A stretch of 62,384 nt of DNA, the filler included, from Sphacelaria rigidula (Eukaryota), in assembly GCA_964200075.2 (NCBI GenBank). It is 8 parts of 8 records of this genome, joined end to end, with 100 filler letters (N's around TTAATTAATTAA, not from the genome) between each part and the next. Parts side by side here need not be neighbours in the genome. Positions count along the whole stretch, not along the records: positions 46,865 to 54,574 come from CAXNAA020013717.1; positions 54,675 to 62,384 come from CAXNAA020013718.1; 6 more parts are not named here. The stretch is one strand, 5' to 3'. This document shows positions 48,619-61,396 of the stretch, in pieces. Each line of letters opens with the position of its first letter. Within the stretch, counting starts at the first letter, position 1. A model generated the notes under the pieces. That model saw only the letters and a program-made list of their open reading frames with translations. It did no database searches and was not told the DNA's origin. The position numbers and the translations under genes are program-made.

Positions 48619-50284
48619 TACCATAGGGGTGTTCAAATTCCGATGCGGTCCTCTAAACACGCGGTCCTCTCACGCATTACAAACGCTCTGCGTAGCAGAC
48701 TGGAACCGCGTCTTTTGGTTGTACGAAAACGTGTCACACAAAGGCCTAGTCTTCGTCTACTATTGTCGCAAGGGCTTGTCATTTTTCGCTACAGGGAGTG
48801 CATAGATTTACCAAGGTAGCGACCAGTTCAAGTTCGCGGGCGGTTTGTACGTTCGTGTGTCTCTGGCACAGCTTCTAAGCTGCACTTATGTTCAGACCAA
48901 TCAAAATACCACCAATTATTTATTGATGAAAAAGGGTGCACAATCTTGGCAAATGATGGCGAATAGATGAGGGCACGAACTCATCGCGGCATTTTTCGTG
49001 CTGAATCCGAATCTCAACCAATGTAGGTTACTACTGCGTGAGCGTAGCGCGTACTTTTGCGTTGCCACCGACGTTAGTAACCAGCCTCGGCATCCATTTC
49101 AGATTATTTGGAGTGATGGCAACAGGTGAGTGTGAGAGTGCACAACGTGACAAAGCGTGTGAATATGTCCTGACACGCGAAAGTCACCACTATTGTGACC
49201 ATCCGAGTCTTTCTACGACAGCCTCCCCCCCCGAAGAAGTGGCTGGTTTGGAGAGACAAGATCTACACGTGAATCGAGATGAAACAAAAGCCGAGAATAA
49301 CGAGCAGCTGGGAATCGCCACGCTCGGGTTCGTTTTCTCCAATGTCGCCAATATGAGGCGCTTCATGCAGCTTGAAACCAAGCATCAGATGCTGTATGAC
49401 CATTTTCTTCGTTACAGGTTTGGGCTGGTTGTAAAGAGGCGTGGGGAGAGGGCTATTGTAGAAATACGGATCCGTATTACCGTGAGATTCATTACCCGCA
49501 CGCTCAGTCCGACTTCACACAGTATCCGCAGAAGTACTCATCATCATCTGTTTGGCCATCTTCCTTACCCCCGAGGCAAGGCCGGCGCCGGCCTCCAGAA
49601 CAAAGCCTATTTGTCGTGGCACAGATGCATTTATGAGGTCTTCGGGAATCAGGTGTGCAGCTCGATGGGAAGACGGGGAGTTGCGGGCGATATATCCGTA
49701 GATGTACTCGTCGGTCTAGGAGAGGGATCTTATCACTTGGCCGCTGAATGTCGGGAGACACGGTTTTGAGCCAAGGGCCTCGCTATCTTGCGCGATGTTC
49801 CTTCATGTTGATGGCCGTCGACACCCATAGTGTCGGAGACGGGGTTAAAGTACCGAAGTGGTTGCTGCAGTTGCCCGCCGTGCTGAAGCTCACGCCAAGA
49901 TTTGTCTACTATTAACACAGCTTCCCACAGAAGGAATCACCTGGAGGTCAATGTTGCATGACCGTACTACGCGGGAAGAGAGTCGTCGCCTCGCACATCC
50001 GCAGCGAAGCTCAACCCAATGAGAACTCTGCACACCAATCTGGAGATTCACCGATGGTCGCCAAATGTCACGATCGTTTTACACTAAGAGAGAGGTTGTC
50101 TCACAAATCCTCAGCAGACGTCATCGTGACGGCCGTCGACATCCTTGGGCAGATCGCTCTTGCATAATCTTATCCACCCTGCTGATGTCGATGCCGAGAG
50201 GTTTCCACAACGATGTACCATTACCATATTCATTAACCCGTGGTTTGTCAAGATGCTTAATCGTTTTACGCCAGGAGAGACTGC

Positions 50285-50521
50285 TGCCGAGATAGCCCCC
50301 CCCCAAAACCGGCCAAAAACATGCACGGAGGCGATGATCATAACTGCCGTTAAAGCTGGTTTCGTGCTGCACGACGCGATTGATTTGGGCGTTATAGCTG
50401 AATTCGGACTGCTACACGCCTCTCATGCGGGTGACATTGCTGCGAACGAGCCCAATATTGGGATCGCAGCCGGTTCGTTGGATGGTGCCGGTGCACTTTT
50501 TGTGGGGGGGCTATCTCGGCA
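50285..50521. mobile_element. ~240-bp MITE with gatagC(n) TIRs
   Basis: tgccgagatagcccccccccaaaa...ttttgtgggggggctatctcggca. Confidence 0.7.
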
Positions 50522-51388
50522 TTAGTCGAGAGTGAAGTTGTCTCATGAATCCGCAGCGAGCGGACGAGAGGCGGAGCTTCTTTTGGGATAGATGAGGCAT
50601 CGAGCTTCACCCTGTACTATTCCGTGGGTTGTGAACTTAACCGACAGGACGTGAGTAGGGCAATCCGATCCTATAGCCCACGGGGCTCACCGAATCTGTC
50701 CACGTCCGCTGGCCTCAGACCATTGAGATCAGACCATGTCCTGCGTTAGCATAAAACAGGTCATGGGTGGGAAACGCGTGTTGGTGGGTACTGTGGAACA
50801 TGAGAGTACTTGGATGTGTAAAGCATGTGTGATTCATTAACTTCACTTTCCTTACGAGGATGTAATCATAATCCTGCTTCTCGTCAATAGTCTCATACCT
50901 ACCCCTTTTGTGTGAGCGCGCAGAGAATTCATGCTCGCACCAAATTCTAGTGGCGGCATGCGTCTATCGGTGCTGCGAATCGCGCACAGGTGACAACGGT
51001 TCTGTTTTGGGTGAGGCTGGGCATTTTGATCGTGCTGCAGCGCCCCATTCGAACTGTCGGCGTATGTTTCCTGACAAGAGAAAGGCGAATGAGTTGGCAC
51101 CCCCAGAGAGCACGTCTATCACAGCCAGGAAGCTCTATCGATGCCGACTGACATTCGCTGGTCTGCGATATAGGTCTCTTTGGTGTAACAGCTGTCCAAG
51201 GGCAGTTTTTGGCGGCGGCATTGCGGTGATCTCATGTCTTCATTCGCCTTCAGTAAAGCTTCAGAGCATCCACTCATATGACAGTTACTCCGTATTTCGT
51301 TGAGGCATCGAGCACACGCTACCCAGGGGAAGCTTGCTCACTCGTACGATATCCACCCAAGATAGTCATGATGAACATGTTGCTGCCG

Positions 51389-51641
51389 ACACTTTCTACG
51401 ATAGCCCTCCCCAAAAACCAGCTAAAAGTGTCACCAAAAAAATGGCCATACTGTATACAGCGCCTGATGTTCGGGTTCAGGCTGCATGAAGCGCCTAATA
51501 TTGGCGACATCGGCTAGAACGAATCCAAGCGTGGGAATTCCCAGCTTCTCGTTGTGCTCGGCTTTTCCCATTTAGATTTACGTGATCATTTTGCCTCCCA
51601 AAACCATGCACTTTTCTGGGGGGGGCTATCGTAGAAAGTGT
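51389..51641. mobile_element. Related ~250-bp MITE
   Basis: acactttctacgatagccc...gggctatcgtagaaagtgt. Shares cc.aatattgg and tgcactttt.tggggggg with 50285-50521. Confidence 0.7.
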
Positions 51642-52193
51642 TTGCCCACGTCCATTATGTGACTACGGCTGGATCCCTGGAGAGTCAATAAAAGTGCGAC
51701 AGTCAACCAACCAATCAATCGAATCATCACGGATGTTCATGGTTCACGGGTATCCATCTCGGATATCCATGGGGCATATGGACTGCACCCATCTTTGATG
51801 TGGATATACACCTGGTATATCCCCAACGGATCCGCCATTATGTGTATCCCTATCCCTCACCATAAACCTAACTCTAACTGCACAACAAACCCTGATCGCA
51901 AAAGGTGGATATTTCACGAGAGCAATGCTACGGTAGGGGTGCACTTTTTCGCGAAATTCTGTCCAGTTCAGGGGCTCCTAACGATTCCAGATGCACGAAA
52001 ATATGGATCAGGATACCCTGTTTACAACTTTATTCGGGATATCTCCAGCACATCGGAAAAGTCATCCTGGCGTACTTTCACATATTTTCATATATGTCGT
52101 GTTTTGCATGAGGTAAAGGGCTCCTAACATTTCTAACCTCAGGAAATACTTCTACATCCCTACCGTAGCACCACTCACCATAATGCGAGGCAC

Positions 52194-52512
52194 GCCGCTG
52201 TCCCCGGTGGTGTAATGGTTCAACTGTCGCCATTTCGGTGGAAAGAACGAGGGTTTGATTCCCGATGCGTTGGGGTTTTCTTCGTAGTAGCCAATTTGCA
52301 CGGTGGAAAGCGTGAAAACGTGAGTAAAAAAAGTAGTCGACTGAGTTTGTTTGACGTGAGTTGGCGCGGGGTGGGACTGCTGACCCATTCCGCGAGACCA
52401 AAAGGCAAAGGCGTGTATCGGGAAGAGATGGGCTGATCCCCTGAGACCACGGACTCGTCCCGAGCAAGGGGAGGGGTTCAAAGTGCCACAAAACAATGAA
52501 TACAATAAAGCA
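52194..52512 (+). mobile_element. tRNA-derived SINE (family 2)
   Basis: Head gccgctgtccccggTGGTGTAATGG (A box)...GGTTTGATTCCC (B box), with an A-rich end. The 3' part recurs at 46668-46764. Confidence 0.75.
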
Positions 52513-52974
52513 AACGGTCACCCAGTACAATTTATCCACCGGCGCGAAAGTCTTGTGATGCCATGATTTTTTACGGACAGCGGTTAAACAGACGTTGATC
52601 TCAAATAATCATAAATGCGCAACCCTCGCCCAACACTTGCATTCCTCCCGATCCACAATACCCAGATTGTTCACCACTTAATGGCATATCGTATTAGCTG
52701 CGGTGCAGTAACTCTGGGCGACATTCCGGACGACGAAGTTCGAATCGATTTTTACTGGAGGGGGGGCGTAATCATTTGCTGCTTGCCTCGGTCGTTTGAC
52801 CATTTGTTGGGGGGGGGCATCAATGTTCTACCTATTCTTATACTTGGGACCGTTAAAGCTGATGATTGCAGCTCTCTGCTTAGAGCTGACAGCTGGGAGA
52901 ACGTTTTGGACGAAAACCCTTACTCCACACGTGGCCAACGGGGGCTCTGGAGGGTGGAATGTCGGACCCTCCAG

Positions 52975-53245
52975 ACCCTCTGCAAGGTACCTTGCCGTGG
53001 AGGGTCAGAAAGTTGACCTTGCCAGGGTATAGGTTGGAATCAATCTCAGGTCGCAGGCACCTTCAAGGCAATTGTACCATCGTAGTGGCCACTAGGGTGC
53101 CTGGCACATGCCTGAATCCATGTTCCAGACGTTTTGCGAGGTACCTTGTCTGACCTTGTGTGGCAAGGTCAGGAACGTGACGTTGCCGGACCTTGCCCGT
53201 CACGTTCCCGAACCTTGCCGGACCTAGCCGGACCTTGCGAGGGTT
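52975..53245. repeat. Cluster of accttgcc / ggcaaggt motifs
   Basis: About 10 copies of the motif in both orientations. Confidence 0.6.
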
Positions 53246-53549
53246 TACGTTGGGGCTCAACACGGGTTGCACGCGCACGGTGAAGGCAGGTGTAGAAGTT
53301 ACGGGCGCGACTGATTAACGACCATGCATCATGCATGTAACTCATCCGAAACGGGTCCGTTTGCTCCGTGCGATGGCTTCAACGATAGGTAGAGACTTGT
53401 GAGTGTTTTCCATGTGTTGCTGTGTCCATGCGGGGCTTGTGGGAGGGATGCTGAACGTTGACGGATGTAACAGATTACGTCAACGTTGACGTAAAGAGTA
53501 AGACCCTGAATAAAATAAAGCACATGATGCGTCCTGGTGTGGTCCAAGG

Positions 53550-54372
53550 AACACATGTACGAAGTTTGGTGGAGAAACTCAAAAATCTCATACAATATTT
53601 CCTGCCTTGGCGTGAAATTCCCCCTGAAACATGTTTTCATACTCAAAGCAAGTAGTAAGGAGTTTGCACGTTTTAAGCTCACATCCTCGCACAAACGCGC
53701 AAATCTTCACGCACTTATTACGAGTTTTAGACCCTGAAATTTTGCACGAATGTGCTATCAGTTATTACGCAAGTTTTGATAAACGAGGTTTTTTCTAACT
53801 GTTGATTTATTACCGTTTTCCGGGGGTCCGAGGGGATCCCAGTCGTTAGCTCGCAGTCGTCCATTGTGGGACCCCGGAAAGCCGGCACTATGGTATTGTT
53901 TGCATATTTATTGCGAACGCTGTGTTGCCGCGAAACCCAACGAAGAACCCCACAAAGTTTGGTGGCCAAACTCAATGAAGTGGTGCTCGAATTTTCATGT
54001 CCACGTGAAAGAAGGCCGAAAAACGCCATTATCATACTAAAATCTTGTTTGCTGTTTCACCATGGCAGGGCAACGCTAATCGCACGAACACGACGAACTT
54101 CACGCCGTTTGAAGGAGATTAGACCCTGAAGTTGTGAACAATTGTGCTATGGTTCATTACGTAACTTTGTATGGTCGGCTTTGTTTTTCTTCATTTCTTC
54201 CGTCTTACGGGGTCGGACTGGATCGAAGTTTCCCCTAAAAAAAGTGGGACCCCGGAAAACCGGGGGAAAAGTCTGGAAGTGAGAAGACGTCGACGTTCAC
54301 AAGTTGCGTAGTGACCCATCGAACATCTGCGCAAAATTTGAGGGTCGAAGTCCTTGAAACGGCGTGAAATTT
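53550..54372. repeat. Diverged ~390-bp tandem repeat (~2 units)
   Basis: ttagaccctgaa.tt.tg.ac.a.tgtgctat at 53727 and 54119; gtgggaccccggaaa.ccgg at 53866 and 54244; aagtttggtgg at 53562 and 53956. Confidence 0.7.
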
Positions 54373-55699
54373 TGCCGATGAGTATTTTTGTTTCGTTTTT
54401 TCCGTGAACCAGCCGGTAAAACAAAAGGATATGTTTTGTTTTCTTCCTTATTTCCCCCCTATTTTCCCCCCTATTTTCATGCGAATTTTGAGGGCGAACG
54501 AGCATGGATCTTGTATCCCACATCATTTTTCAGCAATTTTCATTAAAATTGTGATTTGAAATGTAGCATGGAGANNNNNNNNNNNNNNNNNNNNNNNNNN
54601 NNNNNNNNNNNNNNNNNNTTAATTAATTAANNNNNNNNNNNNNNNNNNNNNNNNNNNNNNNNNNNNNNNNNNNNCCCCCGCCCCGTGGAGAAACCGGGCC
54701 CCCCCCCGCCCCCCCCGCCCGGGGGTTCTTGTGGGTGTGTGTGTGGGTGTGGGGGGGGGGGGGGGGGGGGTTCGGGGGGGTGTCAGGGCACTAGTCTTTC
54801 AGTCAGAGGCACCCGAAGAACATACGGTGATCCTAAGAATTCTTTGGGGGCACTTTAAAACGTTACGTTTGTGACGTGCAACGTACTTGAAATGAGTACG
54901 TAGAAAAGAAAATTATGTACGGTTCTAGATTTTTCAAGAATGAAAGAGTTGAAATGACTGGTAGTTCACGGTCATCTGCCAAGACTCTTTTATCCGCCTA
55001 TGCTTGTGTTGATTCTCAATTCTTGAAGTTACATGATAAAATTTTGCACCCAAGATATGGAACAACGTGCTTTTTCAGGGGAACGGTGTTCATCAGAGCT
55101 TGCCGGTCATTGCGGGTCCCAGGGTCCTGGGGATCCATATCATCTCAACATGCTCTTTCGGGACCCTCAATAACCGGCGGAATCAAGAATGAAGGAACAC
55201 CAGTCTTGATATTTTTTGTACTGCTTCATCGTGGACGTGGATAACGTTCCGGAGACAGTTCAATAATCAGCGTGTGCATTTGCGCTCTCGTGCGATGAAG
55301 TGAGCTTGGAAGGTACAAAAGTCATGAACACTTAAATATTCATCCAAGAATCGAAACCTATTTTTGGGTATGAGTGAATGAAGGGTTGAACCACCCCATC
55401 ACATCAGTTTATCGAGTTACGCAACGAACCTTGATTCAAATATCCCTTGCGGTACCCCAGGATGATGCTACATTTATTGGTGCTCATTCAGGGTGTTCCA
55501 CATCCGCTTCAGGCGCTTCTCACGCACAGATCTTCAGATGTCGGTAGAGGGCGAAAAGCTTCACATCTTCTCCATGTTTTTTTCGTTTTCGTTTGGAGTA
55601 CGACCACCTACAAAAAAGCCAAATTCGAGGGCGGTCCGAGCTCTCCCGCGACATACATCAAGAAAACTGTCGGGCATCTTCTTGGGTCTCCGATACATA

Positions 55700-56430
55700 T
55701 CATCGGAGGAAATCAGAAGACGCCAAAACCCCACACCCCCAAAATTACGCGGTTTGTGGTACAGTTCGTTTTTATCGTAACCATTGTTGCATCTGTTTTA
55801 CACAGTTTTCCCGAGCTGATTGCGGGTACGACGACTTGAAGAACGTTGAGATCAGATGAAAATGGGGTAGGGATTTGAATGGTCAAACACTTTACGCAAT
55901 GAACCAGTGAGCGCTCACTGAGCAAAAGATATGCTGCGTGGTCCGTCCCTTCATGACACTTCAGTGATATCCGGAGTCTCGTGCCCCTCGCAAGCCTGAC
56001 TGTCCACATCTCAAATTATTTCCTTCCACAATCGATCATGATGGGTCTCGAATCCCATGTCATCTGTGCAGGAAGCGAACACTCGACCATTGAGCCACCA
56101 TTGAGCGCTCACTGGTTCAATGGGTCGACTGTTCGCTTCCTGAACGAAATTGCAGGACATTCTCAACGTCGCTGTTTGGTCGAGATATATTTCGCCCTTG
56201 GCGCTACCCTCATTGGTTGGGACAAGAATCTGGCTACATCATCCTCTTCAATTGTCGCAGTGGTCAACATAATTTTCCCCGTTGAGCTTTCAGGTCTCAG
56301 AAGTTGCAAATTATTGGTGATGAAATCAGCGATGATTTCTCTGATTCCGAGTTTTTGGGTCAAAACCGTGAACAAAGTCTGTACGACTACAAGAACACCA
56401 ACCTCCCAAATTAGCAGCTTTGAATTAAAT
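55700..56430 (-). pseudogene. Possible decayed hAT-type transposase fragment
   Basis: Stop-ridden, coding-like frames with HAAYLL and, in a shifted frame, QRSSSRRTRNQLG, reminiscent of the hAT C-terminus. Weak evidence. Confidence 0.25.
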
Positions 56431-58072
56431 TAATCCGGTTCCTACGGTCGAACGCAGAGAAAACTTATTGCGCGTGCAAGATATTCGCTAGACTACCCCT
56501 GGTGGACAAGCAGGGGTAAAAATGATCGTGTTGTTTTTTGTCTTCACAGAGACAAGCGGGCTCGGCGGAACCGAGCAAATGCCGCGCTGTGCGTTGGCTT
56601 GAATGAGCCAGAAACGTTCACGAAAATATTGCGATAAAAATGGCGGCGAGAGAAAAAAAGAAACGACCCATTCCGGTTAGTATGTGTATCAACCACCCTC
56701 GAAGAAGACCCTGCTACCCTCAAGTGTGGTGAAGTTCTCCATTCTTATTTTGTTTCACCTTCACTTGGACCACGTTGGTGAGCACCTCGCACACGTCATC
56801 CGGGATAAAATCATCCACCAGGAAGATCTTGGCGGCCGGTTGGTCAAGAAACACCTGTTATTTTCAGGCGGAGTTATGTGGTGGGTGGTGGGGTGAGGGG
56901 GGGGCGGGGCGTACTCATTTGTTACTTGCCTTAGTCGTTCGACTATTGACCACGCATCCCTTTCGAGATGGAGCATATCTCGGTGGTGGGGTAGTGGGGA
57001 GGGGGCATTTTTGTCAGCTTTTACGGACAAAGCGAAAAGGAGGGGAAACGGAAAAGAACAACGTAAAATCCTTTCGACACGTCGACATGTCTAGCGTGAT
57101 CCAGTCATTGACAACCGCATGAAACAACGCCATGTTTGCCGAGTCCTCGTGTGTGTGTGTCGAGAGGGCGATCACGCACGGAGCAGAAGGGCCAAATTCT
57201 GGCTATTCCTCACGAATAAGTAGCAGCGAACGTCGACGTTGTGAAGAACAGGGACGCGCGCCCTTCCTAGGTGCCTGCGAGGGATCAACGCACGATTCCG
57301 ACACTTCCCACAGCTGTCGCACCAGTAAGAAAGGGTCGATGCACTATTTGTAGCTCTTGCACCAACCTCAACTGTCAAGTATTCCATCAGAACGCGGACA
57401 TTAGTCATCATTGCAGATGCAAACACAAGCATAACCCCGTCATCCTAGGTCACCCCCCCCCACCCTACACGACGTCAAAGCCTGACTAATGCAGTATTGC
57501 AGTGTAAATTCCGAGAAGCTCTGCATTGGTACACCCGCACGCGCGCGCATATAGGTATACTATATGTGCGTGTGCGCCTTGAACGCTTTTTGCTGTGTGA
57601 CTCAAAGCTCAAACGAGTTCCTGTAAAGAGCATACGAGGCTCATACAAGGGATAATCCATCTTCTGTATCAAAACAGGTATGTGTGTTCAAGAGGGGGGA
57701 AGGATGATAACGACGTCACGCGGCGCACACGAGAGCCAGCCGAGGAGGACCATGAGCACCATATACAATGCATGAATATGAGTTTATACATCCAGCAACC
57801 ATGCACAACCCCAAACACAGCACGCATGTTTCATTTTCCCGCTCCCTTAACAAGGCGGAAGCGCCATCCACTGTAGCCGCACACCACGGATGCATCTCTC
57901 ACCATCACATTTCCTAAGAAAAAAAGCGGGGAAAAGGGTACCGTGTGAGCAAACGAAGCTCAACTTGTCGCTATGATATTGTTGACGCGCGTGTTACCGA
58001 ACCATCAGCGGTCTACAGCACCTGTTCCGCGCTCTCACAGATTCACCCTGCCCCCCCCCACAAAAAACGGAC

Positions 58073-61000
58073 CTTTGTGTTGTACGATTTACCCTCCTCA
58101 GCGTCTAGCCAAGCAAACTCCCTCAAGGTGTTCTTCGTGGTTTCCATGGAGGGATCGTTGCAGGTGTAGTTTCTCGCGCGGTCTCCCACCTGCCGCAATA
58201 CCCGAATGTTGAAGGTTGCCTCCGCTTCTTTTTTGGCCACATCTTCGGCGATCGCGTCGCTCAGGCACTCTACGAACTCGGGCGACGTCCCGCCCGCCTC
58301 CACCCCCAGGTCTTCCTCTTCCGCGGGGCATGAGTCGTTGTGAGCCGCGAGGAGCGCGTCCTGTCGCAAGAGAGATTCTTGCACGAGCGGGTCCTCCATG
58401 CAGTCCTCCGCCACGTCCTCGACGAGGTCGGCGGTACGAGTCAGGACGTCCTCGACCTCCACCTCGAGTTCATCGTGCTTGGAGCGACGAATAGTGGTCT
58501 GTGTGGCCGGGCCGCGGTCGTTTGTTTTCGGTGCGTGTAAACAGGATAATGATATCGGTGGTCGGAGATGCGACTGAAGCGAAAAGTGAGGGTGGGACAG
58601 ACAACAGTTCCTTCACTCGAGGATCCTCACGCGCGACCCATTCCTACAAGAATTAAAATAAAAACGCCATTCCTCGACAGTACTTCGTTTTCATTTTTCT
58701 TGTTTTTCTTCAGAGGTATATTTGGAGATCGATTTCATCACCTCTCGTGATCATCCGTATCGCAGCATTTGCATTTGCAGTGTAACGACCGTGTGACGAT
58801 TGGTTCAACCAGTTGACCTTCGAAATAAAAAGAACAGAAAATAAGTTCACCATGTTTCTTAGCACCAGCTTGGGAAAATTTAGGCGCCTGGTACACTAAA
58901 TTCCGTGTATATACATCCGGTGATAATAACTCGTGTCGAAATCAAGCAGCATTCCGAGCGCTCTGTGTTCAGACGGTTTTATCATGACCACTAGGCTGTC
59001 GGCGTGTTGCAGATACTTTCCCCCGAAAACAAATCATCGAGCTGGGCCCCTCAACTTCACCGGTCTTGGGAAAAATCACCACGATTTCACGTGCAGTGTC
59101 GTTTGCCCGTGTCTTCAACAGTATCGAAAGGCGATCACGGTTCGCCCGTTGGTGTTTTTGCGATCTTGCCTTCCTCCTTTTTCCTCAACCGCTCCCTTCG
59201 ATACCTTGCACACAAACATACCTTGATCATCGTTCCCAGAGCATAGGTGTAATCACAGGCGAGGATCCAGCCCCGAGTGTTTCATTGATCAGGTTTTCAC
59301 GAGATCGTGACGGGGAAAAAACGGAACAAGAGGGGAGGAAACAGCATGTCCTACCATCACTTCGTGCCGAAGGGAACTGAACGCACAAATGTACCCTACA
59401 ATACCGCCCCCCTTCCCCCACCACCTCCGTGAGTGATGATCGCATCGCCTCCTCTGAACGCACCTCCATGTCATACTCGCCCATAGTGATGAAGGCCATG
59501 ATCTCGGGGTCCCATACATCCGCGTCGTAGCGGGTGAATTCGTCGGCAAACTGTTTTAATTCGTAAGCCGATTGTGCAACACAACAGCAGAAGCACACGA
59601 AGAATAGCCAGCAAGGTCACCGGAGTATGATCGGACTAGTCAACAACCGTCGGAGCGGGTGGAAACAAAGAGGTATGTCGGAGGAACAACTGAAGAAGAG
59701 AAGAGAAAAGAGAAGAGCTAACGGCCGAACGGAACACAAGAATGGCGCGATCGTACGTCCTGCAATGTGTGTGGCAAATGTACGCGCTCATACGATTGCT
59801 GTTCGTGTTTACAAGTCTCGAGCAGTGAGTAATCGCGCGTACTGATTTCACACAACGAGCTCAATCCCGTGTTGCTTGTACCTTGATTGTCCTCTTTGGA
59901 TGCCCTCTCTCGCCCTCGTCAGATGGTAATTAGCAATCCGAAGCCGAAGGACGTCGGGCTCCATGAGTGAGTGATATGGGCCAGGGTACACACTCAGTAT
60001 CACTTCCGTAGTTGAAGAACGCGTCATGACCTTGGAGCTACGAGGCTGTTTTTCATGGGAACAAACCCACACTTGCACAAATCTGAGGGCTCGAGGCCGT
60101 CCACGAGCGATTTTTCCTAATCGAAGGACTTCACGGACGTCAGTCCGTCGAGCGGTGTCTTTCGGCTAGAAGCGATAAAACCAGTTTCGTCGTACGGATT
60201 TTTCGCCGTAAAATGGCCCAAGGGTCGGAGATCGAAGAATCCCAGACAACAATCAACCGATCGATCACACCGAATATCTCAGGATCCGGGACCACCACCG
60301 GTCTACGGGTCTGAGAATGATGTGCGGCAAACGCCTGAAAAGAGGTACATGAACGAAAAACACACGCTGAAGGTATAAAAGTTCATTTGTGCGGACGTGA
60401 TGTATGGAGGTGAATTCGTACAGCACAAAGTAGCATCATACAGTAATGGAGGACAATGTGGGCGAAACATGTTGTCATATCTCATGAGCGAAACCTTTGC
60501 GGACGTCGAACAACACCACACGTACTCGGGGCAACTTCGGATACCGTTATTCTCCTCCATGAAGTCTCAGAAAAACCAAGTCATAACCCCGAGGGGAAAA
60601 AAAGCGGCCGAGACGGTCTACTACATGTGCATGGTAAGATCTTGACACTGACGTGTTTCCGTGCGTTCCACCTCAATCGTAACGGTCGAACCACCTTTAT
60701 ATGATGATAGCGTCATCTTCCATCAGTAGCGTGCCTCAGTGCCGTGTTACCACGTGTTACCGCAGGCGTGCGGAGAGCAAGTAGGTATGACACGTCGTGC
60801 ATTTCTCACACACAAATAATGAGGTTTAAGGGGATTACGGATGGACAAGAGAAATGCACATACAAATCGAGGCTAGTTCACCGGCGGTGGGCTACAAATT
60901 TCCATGATTGACACAATTCTGGAAGTATCACTACCCCTATTTCTAACCCCAAACCAACGCGAACCGGGAACTCTCGGGCAAGGGCGGTACACACAATCCC

Positions 61001-61396
61001 TAGGGGAACCGCGGCCTTCGTAAAGCCCAAATCGGCGGCACAGGCGCCGATTTCAACAACAGCGCGCTATGCGCACGCCAGGAGAACACGGGACTGTCAG
61101 CCCTACGGAAATGTTGATCTTCGTTGGACACTCAGAAATCGAGTAGTATTAACCATGAACATTTGTAGCCTAACGCCGGTTAACTCCACTTGACGGATGA
61201 AATCGACGGCGAGTCTTGAACAAAAGCCATGCAACTCGTGGCGAGTACTTGCCTCCTCGTCCACGATGAGAAAGTTGTGGCCGACGTAAGAATCGAGGTT
61301 GAGGGCGCCCTTGGCCGCGATGGGTGCCGCAGTTTGTCTCACCAGGGCCCCGTTTGCCGCAGTGTCAATCCAGAACACGCCGAGCTCTTCCTCGAC
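58073..61396 (-). CDS. Protein with a VHL-beta-like segment, resembling the N-terminal region of algal prolyl-4-hydroxylase-like proteins, partial; exons 61396-61253, 59550-59464, 58498-58073
   Basis: Three phase-0 exons (144, 87 and 426 bp) splice in frame. Motifs LGVFWID...LNLDSYVGHNFLI and RNYTCNDPSMETT. No catalytic 2OG-Fe(II) motif is seen here, so the function is inferred. Confidence 0.6.

Noticed and set aside
49038-49769. 243-aa plus-strand ORF
   Set aside because: No recognisable motif or splice support; likely a shadow of decayed minus-strand sequence.
54675-54785. G/C homopolymer tracts (G-quadruplex-like)
   Set aside because: Low-complexity contig edge, possibly poor-quality sequence.
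57370-57444. Possible fourth exon of the contig-8 gene (DDGVMLVF...YLTVE)
   Set aside because: Phase-compatible, but the acceptor is preceded by poly-G rather than pyrimidines, so support is too weak.
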